Both the position numbers and the translations under genes were made by a program. A model generated the notes under the pieces. That model had not been told where the DNA came from and did not search any database. It saw only the letters and a program-made list of their open reading frames with translations. Positions 18,907 through 29,150 of a stretch of DNA of 64,000 nt are shown one piece after another. Numbering within the stretch: position 1 is the stretch's first letter; each line of letters begins with the position of its first letter. Source of the stretch: an uncultured delta proteobacterium (lineage in GTDB: Bacteria > Myxococcota_A > UBA9160 > UBA4427); assembly GCA_963822965.1 (NCBI GenBank), contig CAWGJT010000005.1, forward strand, positions 1,824,001 to 1,888,000. The letters are read 5' to 3'.

Positions 18907-19286
18907 CCGCGGATTGGGGTGAACCGAGCGCGTGTTGGCTGCATATCCCGGATGTGGGGCGCGTGGATGGGGTGGGCTTTGCTTGCGGAGTCGTTCGCGA
19001 TTCGGGTGCTCTTCCGGGTTGGGCGTGCGGGTTTCGTCGGTGCGGACTTGCGCTCGATAACCCGGTGGACTCGGGCCCTTCCGGTGGGGCACTTCGGGGC
19101 CTGGGAGGGGACTCCGGAGCCATCGCGATGGTCGCCTCGATCGGGCTTGGGGCGGGTGCGCCGGGCGTTGACGCGACGGGGTAGAGGGGAGGAGACGGGC
19201 GGGGACGAGAAGATCGGCGCGGAGCCGGGATCGCCGCTGGATCTGGAGGCCCGGCCGATCACGCCGTCTCCACGGGCTTGCCCTGC

Positions 19287-20606
19287 TCAGTGCGCCGGAG
19301 GCTCGCTGGCGGGGTCCGGGGCGGGCGCCTCTGCGGAGAGGCCGAGCAGCCGCGAGGCCAGCCCGCTCCAGGAGACGAGCTGTCGGGAGGAATCGCCCAC
19401 CGGCACGAAGCCCCGGTCGAGAAGCGCCGCTTCGATGGACGGTAGGTGCAACGCGCCCCAGGGAATCACGATCCGACGGTACTCGGGCAGCGCCGCGTCC
19501 AGCTCCGCCAGCAGGTGCTGGTTGCGCTGCACGACGATGTCGTTCCACAGCCGACCGACGTCGACGGGATGCCGGCTGAGCTCCAGCCACACCTCGACGA
19601 GCTCGCGGACGTTGCTGCTGGACCAGGCCCGGGCGGCCTGCGACAGGACGGCGATCGTCTCGGGCGAGAACGCGGAGGCGTCGACGTCCGCGCGCAGCAC
19701 GTGGGGCCAGCGTTCCTCCTCGTCGGTCCCTTCCCAGGCCTCCTCGAAGTAGCGTTCGATGGGCGTCTGCTCGGTGAGCCCGAGCGCCTCGGCGACCCGC
19801 GCATAGCGGAGAGGCTGCGCGAGACGCTCCTCGCGGTCGGTCACACCCTCCTGCAGCACGATCGTCGAGGGCGTTGCGAACGAATCGTAGAGCGACGCGT
19901 AGGCATCGCTCTCTCCGACGTGCATCATCCCGACGAGCGCCACCCGGCGATCGTCGTGCTCGTAGAAGCGCTCGCCCATCGAGAGGCCGTGCACGTCGAA
20001 GCGCAGGAAGCCGTGCGTGCCGACCTGCAGCCAGGTGAGTGCGGCCAGAAGCAGGTAGCCACACGCCGCGGGCACGCCGAGACCGATCGACGCCGCTCCG
20101 AAGCCGAGCGCGCGCCATCCCGAGAGCTCGGCGCGATCCGGACGGACCGCCAGCAGCCAGCGCTCCGAGCCGCTACGCGTGCGCACCCACACGAGGCCGC
20201 AGAGGACGGCGAAGAGCTGGATGACGGATTCGGCGAGAGCGAGACTGCCGAGAGGGACGAAAAGCTGAAGCGGAGCGGCCCCGAAGCCCAGCCACGCCAG
20301 CACCGCGACGAGGGGAACCAGCAGCCGGGCCGGAAGCTGCGGGGACAGGGCGGTGAGCAGGAAGACCGGCGCACTCGCCGCGAGAACCCCGAACGCGATC
20401 GCGTTGCGCAGCCCCGGAAGCAGGCCGCTTCCCGTCGCCGCCTGGAGTCCGTCGTCCAGCACCGAGAGGCCGGCGTCGAGCAGGTAGCCCACCAGGAACA
20501 CGTTGGCGATCGCGACGAAGAAGGTGGTGCCCGCTCGAGATCGGAACGGAGCGGACGCGGGCAGCGGCGGCAGACCGGACGGTGACGACACCGGCGTGTC
20601 GCTCAC
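19287..20606 (-). CDS. Membrane protein with C-terminal TraB/GumN-like domain
   Basis: About six TM helices, then LVGMMHVG, VLQEGV, RNQHL and PWGALHL motifs; GTGA overlap with the upstream gene. Confidence 0.65.
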   Translation of the reverse strand: MSDTPVSSPSGLPPLPASAPFRSRAGTTFFVAIANVFLVGYLLDAGLSVLDDGLQAATGSGLLPGLRNAIAFGVLAASAPVFLLTALSPQLPARLLVPLVAVLAWLGFGAAPLQLFVPLGSLALAESVIQLFAVLCGLVWVRTRSGSERWLLAVRPDRAELSGWRALGFGAASIGLGVPAACGYLLLAALTWLQVGTHGFLRFDVHGLSMGERFYEHDDRRVALVGMMHVGESDAYASLYDSFATPSTIVLQEGVTDREERLAQPLRYARVAEALGLTEQTPIERYFEEAWEGTDEEERWPHVLRADVDASAFSPETIAVLSQAARAWSSSNVRELVEVWLELSRHPVDVGRLWNDIVVQRNQHLLAELDAALPEYRRIVIPWGALHLPSIEAALLDRGFVPVGDSSRQLVSWSGLASRLLGLSAEAPAPDPASEPPAH

Positions 20607-21418
20607 GCTTCCGTCTCGGGTGCCACGAGGCGTACCTCGCGGCTGGCGGGATCGATCTCGACGCGCGGCGGCTCGGCCAGGCGCATGCGGCGTCCGCTGC
20701 ACTCGCGGCCCGTCGCCACGTCGAACGCGTAGCCGTGCCAGGGACACACCACCCGACCGTCCACCACGGGCGCCTCTGCCAGGGGGCCGAGCCGGTGCGG
20801 GCAGACGACGGCGTGCGCCACCAACGCTCCGTCCACCAGGGCCACGCGAAAGCGGTCGCCACCGAAGGGGACGATCGCGGGAAGCCGCGCGCGCAGCGCA
20901 TCCAGCGGGCCGAGCCCGACGGAACGGGGACGGGCGGCGTGCTCGCCGCGCCGCGCGGCGAGCTCGGCCGCGCGGCGCACCATCATCGACTCGTCCTCGT
21001 CCCACAGGCGCGTGTAGAGCGCGACGAACCGCTCCCCCACCCCCGGCATGGCCTGGGCGTCCAGGCCCGGCACGTGGAACCCGACGGTCACGTGGCTGCG
21101 CTGCGCGTCCCGCTCCTCGACCCGGGTCCAGATCTCGCTGCCGGCGCCGGGACCTTCCAGGGTGCGGGACACGTACCGGGGCTCGTCTTCCTCGATCACG
21201 AGCTCGAGCCGGATCTCGCGTGCGCCCCCGGGCAGCCCGATGCGCGCCCGCCAGCCCCAGGCGCCCTCGTCCTCGAGCGCGATGCGCGAGAAGCTCCCCG
21301 CGTGCAGCCACGGCAGGTGCTCCCAGTCGCGCACGTTCTCCCACACCCGCTCCACCGAGACCGGCAGGTCGCGCTCGTAGACGGCGACCCGGGGCGGGGT
21401 CGGCTCGGATGCGGGCAT
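20603..21418 (-). CDS. Rieske [2Fe-2S] protein with N-terminal SRPBCC-like domain
   Basis: C-terminal CPH...CPWHG; N-terminal ERVWENVRDWEHLPWLH. Confidence 0.8.
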   Translation of the reverse strand: MPASEPTPPRVAVYERDLPVSVERVWENVRDWEHLPWLHAGSFSRIALEDEGAWGWRARIGLPGGAREIRLELVIEEDEPRYVSRTLEGPGAGSEIWTRVEERDAQRSHVTVGFHVPGLDAQAMPGVGERFVALYTRLWDEDESMMVRRAAELAARRGEHAARPRSVGLGPLDALRARLPAIVPFGGDRFRVALVDGALVAHAVVCPHRLGPLAEAPVVDGRVVCPWHGYAFDVATGRECSGRRMRLAEPPRVEIDPASREVRLVAPETEA

Positions 21419-21489
21419 GTCGGCAGCCTCCGGGCGGCCCCGAAGGGCCGCGTGCGAGGATACCCCGTCGCCGGGTCTATACTCGCCCC

Positions 21490-22704
21490 ATGGCGAACAC
21501 CCGCTCGATCGTCCATCCCAAGGTCTTCGGCGTGACCGAGACTTCCCTCACCCTGTGCTTCACGGTCGCCGAAGGCGATGCCCCGGTGGACGCCGAGGCC
21601 CGCGTGCTCCTCGACGGCGAGGTCCGCGCCGTGACGCAGGGGCCGGCGACGCGGCTCGTCCGCATCGACGGTCTCGAGCCGGGCAGCGAGTACGAGATCC
21701 GCATCGAGTCGGGCGACGCCAGCGCCGGCGAGACCCGCTACTTCGACGGACGGGCCCGCACCCTGGACGCTCCGCGGGCCGCCCAGGTGGCCTCCTTCGC
21801 GACGATGAACGACCTGCACTTCGGCGAGACGCGCATCGGCGGCCTGCTCACGGACGACCACGAGTACGGCGACGCGGCGCCGGGCTTCCCGGTGGTGAGC
21901 GACGACGACTACCAGACGCCGTACGCCGAGTTCATGAACGCCGACGCGATCGCCGAGATCAACCGTCTCGAGGTCGACTGCACGATCATCAAGGGCGACA
22001 TCGCGGACGCCGGCCTGCCGGAGCAGTTCGAGACCGCCGCGCACGTGTTCGCGGGCTTCGATCGCCCCCACCACCCCTTCCTCGGCAACCACGATCACCT
22101 GCAGCGCCTGGAAGGCCGCGAGGTGGACGGCTACGGAATCCTGGGCGCGGAGCCCGCGCCGCGACACCTGGACCTGGCGGGCTGGCGGCTCATCCTGCTG
22201 GACACCACGATTCCGGGCAGCCACGACGGCGCCTTCGGCCCGGAACGGCGCGAGTGGCTCGCGGACGCGCTCGCCGAGAGCCGGCGTCTCGGCATGCCGA
22301 CCCTGCTCTTCACCCACCACCAGCCCGTGCCGCCCGAGCACCGGGACAGCTACCCGAACTCCATCGGCATGGACCCCGACGACTCGCTGGCCCTCTTCGA
22401 CCTGCTGCGCCACGCCCCGCACGTGAAGGCCATGCTGATCGGCCACACCCACCGCAACCGCATCCGCCGCTACCCGCAGACGGGACGCCTGCCCTTCGTC
22501 GAGGTGAACAACCCGAAGGACTACCCCGGCGGCTTCGCCCACTACCGCCTCTTCGAGGACGGGAGCTTCCGACAGGAGGTGCGGCGCACGCCGAGCGAAC
22601 GGGCCCTCGCCCACTCCACGCGCTGCCGGGAGCTGTTCCGCGGCCACTACCAGCACTTCGTGCTGGGCAGCCTGGCGGAACGGAGCTACGTGGCCGACGC
22701 CTGA
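21490..22704 (+). CDS. Calcineurin-like metallophosphoesterase (CpdA/Icc-like) with N-terminal FN3-like domain
   Basis: DLH, GDIAD, GNHD, HH and GHTH motifs; GLEPGSEY FN3-like strand. Confidence 0.85.
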   Translation: MANTRSIVHPKVFGVTETSLTLCFTVAEGDAPVDAEARVLLDGEVRAVTQGPATRLVRIDGLEPGSEYEIRIESGDASAGETRYFDGRARTLDAPRAAQVASFATMNDLHFGETRIGGLLTDDHEYGDAAPGFPVVSDDDYQTPYAEFMNADAIAEINRLEVDCTIIKGDIADAGLPEQFETAAHVFAGFDRPHHPFLGNHDHLQRLEGREVDGYGILGAEPAPRHLDLAGWRLILLDTTIPGSHDGAFGPERREWLADALAESRRLGMPTLLFTHHQPVPPEHRDSYPNSIGMDPDDSLALFDLLRHAPHVKAMLIGHTHRNRIRRYPQTGRLPFVEVNNPKDYPGGFAHYRLFEDGSFRQEVRRTPSERALAHSTRCRELFRGHYQHFVLGSLAERSYVADA

Positions 22705-24611
22705 ACGCGGGCCTCGCTCTCGGCCTCGGGGCCGGCGGCCGCGAGCGCCTCGTCGGGGGCGGGCTGCCAGCCGGCGGCCTCCAGTCGGCGGCGCGCGTCC
22801 TCGCCTTCCACCTCGTGGACGGCCACCGTGGCGACGTCGCCCTCCTTGGGTGTGAACGCCGACGACATGGGCGACACCCGCCCGCCCCGGCGCACGGCGA
22901 GCACCACGTAGCCTTCTTCGACGGTGGCACTGGCGACGGGATCGCCGCTCGGGCGCGGCTCCGGCTCGGGAACGGGCTCGTAGCGCCGCTTCTCGAGGGT
23001 GACGGAGCCCCGGCGCGCACGAACCTCCCAGCGCCCCACGTCGTGGGGTCCGTCGAAGGCGACGCTCGCCCGGTGTCTCTCGACGAGCTCCTTGGCGAAG
23101 CCGGCGTCCATGCGATCCACCGCGACGAGGCCCTCCGGCACGGAGAAGAGGTCGCGGGCCCGGTCCACGAAGACCGCGTTCACCGTCTGGTTCGCGGTGA
23201 GACCGATCGCCACGCGCACGCCCTCGAAGCGGGCGCGCTGCAGGGTGCGCTCCTCCAGCGCGTTGCCGTAGACCACCGAGAAGCCCTGCTCCTCCACGCG
23301 GCGACAGTTCTGCGGGTTCGAGTCGACGAAGACCACGGACGTCCCAGCCGCTCGCAGCTCCTCGGCGAGGGCGAGCCCCAGGCTGTTGGCGCCCAGGATG
23401 GCGACACCCTCCCGGGCCGGCAGCCGCACGTCGAGCCAGGTCGCCACCGGGTGGGCGGTGAGCCCGGCGAGCACGACCGTCCCGGCGATGGTGAGGAACA
23501 CGAGCGCCCGCAGCTCGACCCCGCCCGGGAGGCCTTCGCTCTCGAGACCGATGGCGGTGAGCGAGGCGATGGCGGCGGCGACGATGCCGCGCGGTGCGAT
23601 CCAGGCGATGAAGAGCCGCTCGCGTCCGCTGAGATCGGAGCCCAGGGTCGACAGCCACACGCCCACGGGCCGTACCACCACCACCAGGGCCGCGAGCACC
23701 GCCAGCCCCGGAAGCCCCAACGCAACCACGTGCTCGTAGCGGACGTCGGCCGCCAGCATCACGAACAGCAGTCCGATCAGCATCACCGTGAGCTGGTCCT
23801 TGAATTCGCGCAGCTCGCGCGCAACGGCGATGGGCATGTTGCCGAGCACGGCCCCGGCGATGGTCACCGCCAGGATCCCGCTGTGGGAGATGACCTCCTC
23901 GCAGGTGCCGAAGAGGAGCAGCACGACCGCCAGCACGAAGATGTTCTCGAGCCCTTCCGGGATGAAGCGCTTGACGCGCAGGGTGGCGCCCAGCAGGAGC
24001 CCGACCGCGCCGCCGCACACCACGCCGAAGCCCAGCCGGACGAGCAGATCGCCGGCCGCGCTGGCCGCGGAATCGACGTCGGGGGCCAGCACCAGCGCGA
24101 GCACGAGCACCGCGATGAGCGCACCGATGGGGTCGATCAGCACACCCTCGGCCTCGAGCACCGTCGACACGCGGCTCTTGAGCCGCAGCTCGGAGATCAG
24201 CGGGCCGATGACCGTGGGCCCGGTCACCATCACGAGCGAGCCGAAGAGAACGGCGATCGTCCAGTCCCACCCGAGCAGCGCGTGCACGGCGAGGCTGCCG
24301 CCCCCGATCGTGACGAGCCCACCGACGGTCACCAGGCGGCGCACGGAGCCCTGCACCCGACGGATACGGGAGAAGTCGAGGTTGAGGCCGCCCTCGAAGA
24401 GGATGACGGCGACCGCGAAGTCCAGGATCGAGTAGAGGCCCGTGCCCAGCGAGTGGGGCTCGATCCAGTCGAGCCCGTCGGGCCCCAGCCCCACGCCCGC
24501 CAGCAGCAGCAGCACGATGCCGGGCACCCGCAGGTGCCGCGCCACGGACTGCGCGAGCACGCCCGCGGTCAGCGCCAGGGCCAGCGTGAAATTCGGATGT
24601 ACTTCCCCCAC
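22686..24611 (-). CDS. CPA1 (NhaP-type) cation:proton antiporter with C-terminal TrkA-N/RCK domain
   Basis: ILFEGG, TGPTV, LEAEGVLIDP and APRGIVAA motifs; ILGANSLG nucleotide-binding domain. Confidence 0.9.
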   Translation of the reverse strand: MGEVHPNFTLALALTAGVLAQSVARHLRVPGIVLLLLAGVGLGPDGLDWIEPHSLGTGLYSILDFAVAVILFEGGLNLDFSRIRRVQGSVRRLVTVGGLVTIGGGSLAVHALLGWDWTIAVLFGSLVMVTGPTVIGPLISELRLKSRVSTVLEAEGVLIDPIGALIAVLVLALVLAPDVDSAASAAGDLLVRLGFGVVCGGAVGLLLGATLRVKRFIPEGLENIFVLAVVLLLFGTCEEVISHSGILAVTIAGAVLGNMPIAVARELREFKDQLTVMLIGLLFVMLAADVRYEHVVALGLPGLAVLAALVVVVRPVGVWLSTLGSDLSGRERLFIAWIAPRGIVAAAIASLTAIGLESEGLPGGVELRALVFLTIAGTVVLAGLTAHPVATWLDVRLPAREGVAILGANSLGLALAEELRAAGTSVVFVDSNPQNCRRVEEQGFSVVYGNALEERTLQRARFEGVRVAIGLTANQTVNAVFVDRARDLFSVPEGLVAVDRMDAGFAKELVERHRASVAFDGPHDVGRWEVRARRGSVTLEKRRYEPVPEPEPRPSGDPVASATVEEGYVVLAVRRGGRVSPMSSAFTPKEGDVATVAVHEVEGEDARRRLEAAGWQPAPDEALAAAGPEAESEARVQASAT

Positions 24612-24628
24612 CGCCGGGGAGCCTAGCT

Positions 24629-24930
24629 GGCGAATCCTTCGGATTCGCTAGGCCGCGGGCACCCGGTCGCCGTGGGAAGCCTGGGCGAGCGCGCGGGGCG
24701 AATCCTTCGGATTCGCTAGGCCGCGGGCACCCGGTCGCCGTGGGAAGCCTGGGCGAGCGCGCGGGGCGAATCCTTCGGATTCGCTAGGCCGCGGGCACCC
24801 GGTCGCCGTGGGAAGCCTGGGCGAGCGCGCGGGGCGAATCCTTCGGATTCGCTAGGCCGCGGGCACCCGGTCGCCGTGGGAAGCCTGGGCGAGCGCGCGG
24901 GGCGAATCCTTCGGATTCGCCAGGCCGCGG
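24629..24930. repeat. 68-bp tandem repeat, 4 identical copies plus a 30-bp partial, each with hairpin GCGAATCC-TTC-GGATTCGC
   Basis: Unit starts at 24629, 24697, 24765, 24833 and 24901. Confidence 0.97.
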
Positions 24931-24982
24931 ACAAAAGGAAAGGAAACTTTGCGAAATCCATGGGCTTCCCTAACCTGCTGTC

Positions 24983-25636
24983 ATGCAAGAGGAAACGGAT
25001 TCGCGGGCCCGGGCCCGGGATCGCGTGCTGCTGCTGCTGAAGACGCGCGGCACCGCCACCGCCGGCAAGCTCGCCGAGCGCCTCGACGTAACACCCATGG
25101 CGGTACGCCAGCACCTGGCCGCCCTCGAGCGGGAAGGACTCGTGAGCCACGTCGAGGAGCGGCGGCCGGTGGGGCGGCCCGCGCGGCTCTGGAGCCTGAC
25201 GCCCCGGGCCGCCGAGCGCTTTCCCGACAGCCACGCCGAGCTCACCGTCGAGCTGCTGACCGCCATGCGGGACGTCTTCGGGGAGGCGGGCCTCGAGCGG
25301 GTGATCGCGGCGCGCTCCCAGCGCCAGCGCGAGGCCTATCGGGCCCGGCTGCCGGGACCGGAGGCGCCTCTCGCCGACCGCGTGGCCGCCCTGGCAAAGC
25401 TGCGGCGCGAGGAAGGCTACATGGCCGAGTGGTCGCGGCAGCCCGACGGAAGCCTGCTCCTGGTGGAGAACCACTGCCCGATCTGCGCCGCCGCACGGCT
25501 CTGCCAGGGCTTCTGCCGGGACGAGCTGCAGGTCTTCCGCGAGGCGCTCGGGCCCGACGCCCGGGTGGAGCGGAGCGAGCACCTGCTGGCGGGCGCGCGC
25601 CGCTGTGCGTATCGCGTCCAGGCCGCGGAGCCCTGA
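24983..25636 (+). CDS. SufR-like winged-HTH transcriptional regulator (COG2345-type)
   Basis: AVRQHLAALEREGLV, VGRPARLW and ENHCPI...C...C...C motifs. Confidence 0.8.
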   Translation: MQEETDSRARARDRVLLLLKTRGTATAGKLAERLDVTPMAVRQHLAALEREGLVSHVEERRPVGRPARLWSLTPRAAERFPDSHAELTVELLTAMRDVFGEAGLERVIAARSQRQREAYRARLPGPEAPLADRVAALAKLRREEGYMAEWSRQPDGSLLLVENHCPICAAARLCQGFCRDELQVFREALGPDARVERSEHLLAGARRCAYRVQAAEP

Positions 25637-25637
25637 G

Positions 25638-25910
25638 GTGGGCCACTGTGTGCGCGTCCGGGTGCGCGGCAGCGTACAGGGGGTGGGATTCCGCTACGCG
25701 ACCCTTCGGAAGGCGCGCGAGCTGGGGGCCCGGGGCTACGTGATGAACCGACCGGACGGCAGCGTCGAAGCCGTCTTCGAGGGCGACCCATCGATCGTCG
25801 AGCGGTGTCTGGCCTTCGTCAGCAAGGGACCTTCGGGGGCGCAGGTGAGCGAGGTGGAGACCGAGAGCCTGCCCGCCGGGGAGCTACCCGAGTTCGAGAT
25901 TCGCTACTGA
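25638..25910 (+). CDS. acyP: Acylphosphatase
   Basis: VRGSVQGVGFR and GYVMNRPDGSVE motifs. Confidence 0.92.
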   Translation: MGHCVRVRVRGSVQGVGFRYATLRKARELGARGYVMNRPDGSVEAVFEGDPSIVERCLAFVSKGPSGAQVSEVETESLPAGELPEFEIRY

Positions 25911-25968
25911 GACAGGAAGAGACAGAACGCAACCGACGAGAGACCAAGGAACCACGAGAGGAGTCCTC

Positions 25969-26457
25969 ATGCGCTCGTTCCGAATCGCCACCCGCTCGAC
26001 CGCCGTCCTGATCGCCTGCCTGGCCGGCCTCGCCTTCGCGGCCGGCCTCACCTTCGCGGCCGGCAGCGCCCTGGCGGACGAGGCGAAGCTTCCCCACACC
26101 CCGTCGCCCAAGGGCGCGCACGCCTACATCGTGAGCCCGAAGGACGGCGCCACCGTCACGAGCCCGGTCACGGTCGTCTTCGGCCTGGAGGGGATGGGCG
26201 TGGCGCCGGCCGGCGTCAACATGCCGAATACCGGACACCACCACCTCATCATCGACTCGCCGCTACCGGCCCTCGACCAGCCGATCCCGAAGGACGACAA
26301 GCACCTCCACTTCGGCGGCGGCCAGACCCAGGTGACCATCGAGCTCGCCCCCGGCAAGCACACCCTTCAGCTCCTGCTCGGCGACATGAACCACGTGCCC
26401 CACGTACCGCCGGTCTTCTCGAAGAAGATCACCATCACCGTGAAGAAGGGCATGTAG
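25969..26457 (+). CDS. DUF4399-domain exported protein
   Basis: Signal peptide; GVAPAG, TGHHHLIID, HFGGGQT and GKHTLQLLLGD motifs. Confidence 0.85.
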   Translation: MRSFRIATRSTAVLIACLAGLAFAAGLTFAAGSALADEAKLPHTPSPKGAHAYIVSPKDGATVTSPVTVVFGLEGMGVAPAGVNMPNTGHHHLIIDSPLPALDQPIPKDDKHLHFGGGQTQVTIELAPGKHTLQLLLGDMNHVPHVPPVFSKKITITVKKGM

Positions 26458-26479
26458 CCCGCGGGGTCGCGCCCGCGCG

Positions 26480-27151
26480 TCAGACCAGGATCTTGCTTCC
26501 CTGGCGCGCCACCTCGTCGGCGTTGGCCTCGACGGGCTCCGGGGGCTTGGGGACGGCGCGACCGCGCTGCACGGCGGGTCGCTCCTTGATGGCATCCTTC
26601 CAGCGTTCCAGGTGGGACAGGCCGTCGATGGAGACGCCCGCCCACTCGTGGATGGAGACCCAGCTCCAGTTGGCGATGTCGGCGATCGAGTAGTCGCCGG
26701 CCAGCCACTCGCTCTCGCCCAGGCGCTGGTCGAGCACCTCGTAGAGGCGCCGCGTCTCGTTCTGGTAGCGATCGATGGCGTACTGGATCTTCTCCGGTGC
26801 GTAGCGGAAGAAGACGTTCGCCTGTCCCTGCATGGGGCCGATGCCGCCCATCTGGAACATCAGCCACTGCATCACCAGGGAGCGTTCCTTGCGGTCCGCG
26901 GGCAGCAGCTTCCCGGCCATCTCCGCCAGGTAGACCATGATGGCACCGGACTCGAAGACCGTGAAGTCACCGGCATCCTCGTCGACGATCACCGGAATGC
27001 GCCCGTTCGGGTTGAGCTTCAGGAACCAGTCCTGCTTCTGCTCCAGCTTGTCGAGCCGGATGGGGGTCACCTGGTAGGGGATCTCGAGCTCCTCGAGGGT
27101 GATGGAGGCCTTCCAGCCGTTGGGCGTGGGGGACGTGTACAGTCGGATCAT
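26480..27151 (-). CDS. Glutathione S-transferase (YfcG/YghU-like)
   Basis: TPNGWK, NPNGRIP, FESGAI and GPMQGQ motifs. Confidence 0.92.
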   Translation of the reverse strand: MIRLYTSPTPNGWKASITLEELEIPYQVTPIRLDKLEQKQDWFLKLNPNGRIPVIVDEDAGDFTVFESGAIMVYLAEMAGKLLPADRKERSLVMQWLMFQMGGIGPMQGQANVFFRYAPEKIQYAIDRYQNETRRLYEVLDQRLGESEWLAGDYSIADIANWSWVSIHEWAGVSIDGLSHLERWKDAIKERPAVQRGRAVPKPPEPVEANADEVARQGSKILV

Positions 27152-27208
27152 CGGGTCCTCTGCTTCTCGCTTGCGGGCTTGGGAGCTGGGATGGAGTCGG
27201 CGGGCGCG

Positions 27209-27763
27209 TCAGACCGGCAGATCTTCCCGCGTGAAGATCGGCTCGAGTACGATGCCCCGAGCGGCGAAGGCGTCACGCGCTCCCTCGCCCCGATCCACCA
27301 GGCAGAGCACCCGGGCCACCTTGCCGCCGGCGTCGCGCACGGCCTCCACGGCCTCCAGGGTGGAGCCCCCGGTGGTGGTGGTGTCCTCCACCAGGGCGAC
27401 GGTCTGTCCCTCGGCGAAGGCCCCCTCGATGCGGCGCCCGAGGCCGTGGCGCTTGGCCTCCTTGCGGACGAAGAAGCCCACCAGGTCGGCGGGGGGCTCG
27501 TGGCGGGCCGCGGCCGCGAGCACGGCCGACACGTAGGGAACGGCGCCCACCGCCATGCCGCCCACCGCCTGCACGCGCGGGCCTTCCAGCAGCCGCTCGA
27601 GGGTGAGCTCGCCGGCGAGCCGCACGCCGCGGGGTCGCATCAGGGTCTGGCGCAGGTCGAGGTAGAAGTCGCTCTCGCGGCCGCTCGCGAGGGTCACCTT
27701 GCGGCGCTCGAACGACACCTCGAGGATGAGATCCAGCAGCTCCCGCCGGCGTGCGTCCGCCAC
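27209..27763 (-). CDS. pyrE: Orotate phosphoribosyltransferase
   Basis: TLASGRESDFYLD, VRKEAKRHG and LVEDTTTTGGS motifs. Confidence 0.92.
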   Translation of the reverse strand: MADARRRELLDLILEVSFERRKVTLASGRESDFYLDLRQTLMRPRGVRLAGELTLERLLEGPRVQAVGGMAVGAVPYVSAVLAAAARHEPPADLVGFFVRKEAKRHGLGRRIEGAFAEGQTVALVEDTTTTGGSTLEAVEAVRDAGGKVARVLCLVDRGEGARDAFAARGIVLEPIFTREDLPV

Positions 27764-27765
27764 GG

Positions 27766-28945
27766 CTAGCCCTTCCTGGTGCCGAGCATGGTCTCGGCGA
27801 TGATGCTTGTGTGCAGCTCGCTCGTGCCCTCACCGAACTCGAGGCTCTTCGCCTCCATCAGCAGGCGCCCGATCTCGTACTCGGCGGTGCACGAGTAGCC
27901 GCCGAAGATCTGCATGCCGTCGAGGGCGTTCTGCACGGCGGCCTGGCTCGCCAGCAGCTTCGCCATGGACGACTCCATCGAGCAGCGCGCGACGCCCGCG
28001 TCCTTCATGCGGCCGAGCTGGTAGACCATGAGCCGCGCCTGCTGGGTGCGGCACGTCATGTCGGCGATCTTCTGCTGGATCAGCTGGAACGTAGCCGATC
28101 GGGCTGCCGAAGGCCTCGCGCTCCAGCGCATAGGGCACGGCGAGATCGACGCAGCGCTGGGCCTGGCCCACGCAGCGGGCCGCCACCGAGAAGCGCCCCG
28201 TGTCGAGCGCCGAGCCCAGGATCGGGAAGCCCTTGCCGGGCGCGCCGAGCACGCACTCGTCGGGCACGAAGGCGTCGTCGAAGTGGACCTCGGCGAGGTT
28301 GTCCCGCTTGAGGGTTCGCATGGGGAAGTCGCCCAGGGTGATCCCCGACGTGGCGTGCGGATCGACGAGGAAGGCCGTCACCCCCTTGTGCTTCTTCGCG
28401 AGGTCGACGCTCGCCACCACGAAGAAGAGGCCGGCGTGGGCGGCGTGGGAGATGAAGACCTTGGTGCCGTTCAGCCGGTAGCCGCCCTCCACCGGGGTGG
28501 CGGTGGTGCGCATGTTGCCGAGGTCGGTGCCGCCTCCGGGCTCGGTGAGACACGCGGAGCAGATGACCTCGCCCGCCGCCATGCCGGGCAGCCAGCGCCG
28601 CTTCTGCTCCTCGTTGCCGAAGCGCAGGATGGAGCCGGCCACCAGCGAGTTGCAGACCGAGACCACCGAGGCGGTCACCCAGTCCACCCGCGCCAGCTCC
28701 TCGCAGATGATCCCGTAGGTGAGGACGTCCGAGTACGAGCCGCCGTACTCCTCGGGGATCATGGGCCCCATCAGGCCCAGGGGCGGGAGCTTGGCGATCA
28801 GCTCGATGGGGTAGCGCTCCTCCCGCTCGTACTGCTCGACGTAGGGGAGGATCTCCTTCTCGGCGAACTCGCGGACCGAGGCGCGCACCTGGCGCTGCTC
28901 GTCGCTGAGATCGAAGTCGGCCATGCGATCGAGGGGGGTGGTCAT
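27766..28945 (-). CDS. Acyl-CoA dehydrogenase with a one-base frameshift near 28095
   Basis: CLTEPGGGTD, LNGTKVFIS and REAFGSPI, then TFQLIQQKIADM and GEGTSE in another frame. Confidence 0.85.
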
Positions 28946-29150
28946 GGGGTCTCCGCAGCGAGTGCCGGGCAAGAGTAGCCCCCGGAGGCGCCCCGGCACG
29001 GCTGAAGGCGGCTCCCACCGGGGGATGACCGGCGGGGCCGAGCGGGCTAGCCTCCCGCCTCCGCAGGGGCCGGCCCGGCCCCGGACCTCCCCGAACCGGC
29101 TCATCCGCCGGCTCCATCGAGAACGAGCCGAGAAGAGCGAGGCGACCGCC

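Noticed and set aside
19215..19250. IntI remnant (GSPLDL resembles the integrase C-terminal SPLD) next to the candidate attI
   Set aside because: No preceding HxLRH, LLGH or TxIYTHV motifs were seen; a four-residue match is likely chance.
24629..24930. CRISPR array (palindromic repeats at a 68-bp period)
   Set aside because: The would-be spacers are identical and no cas genes are in the window; it is a tandem repeat.
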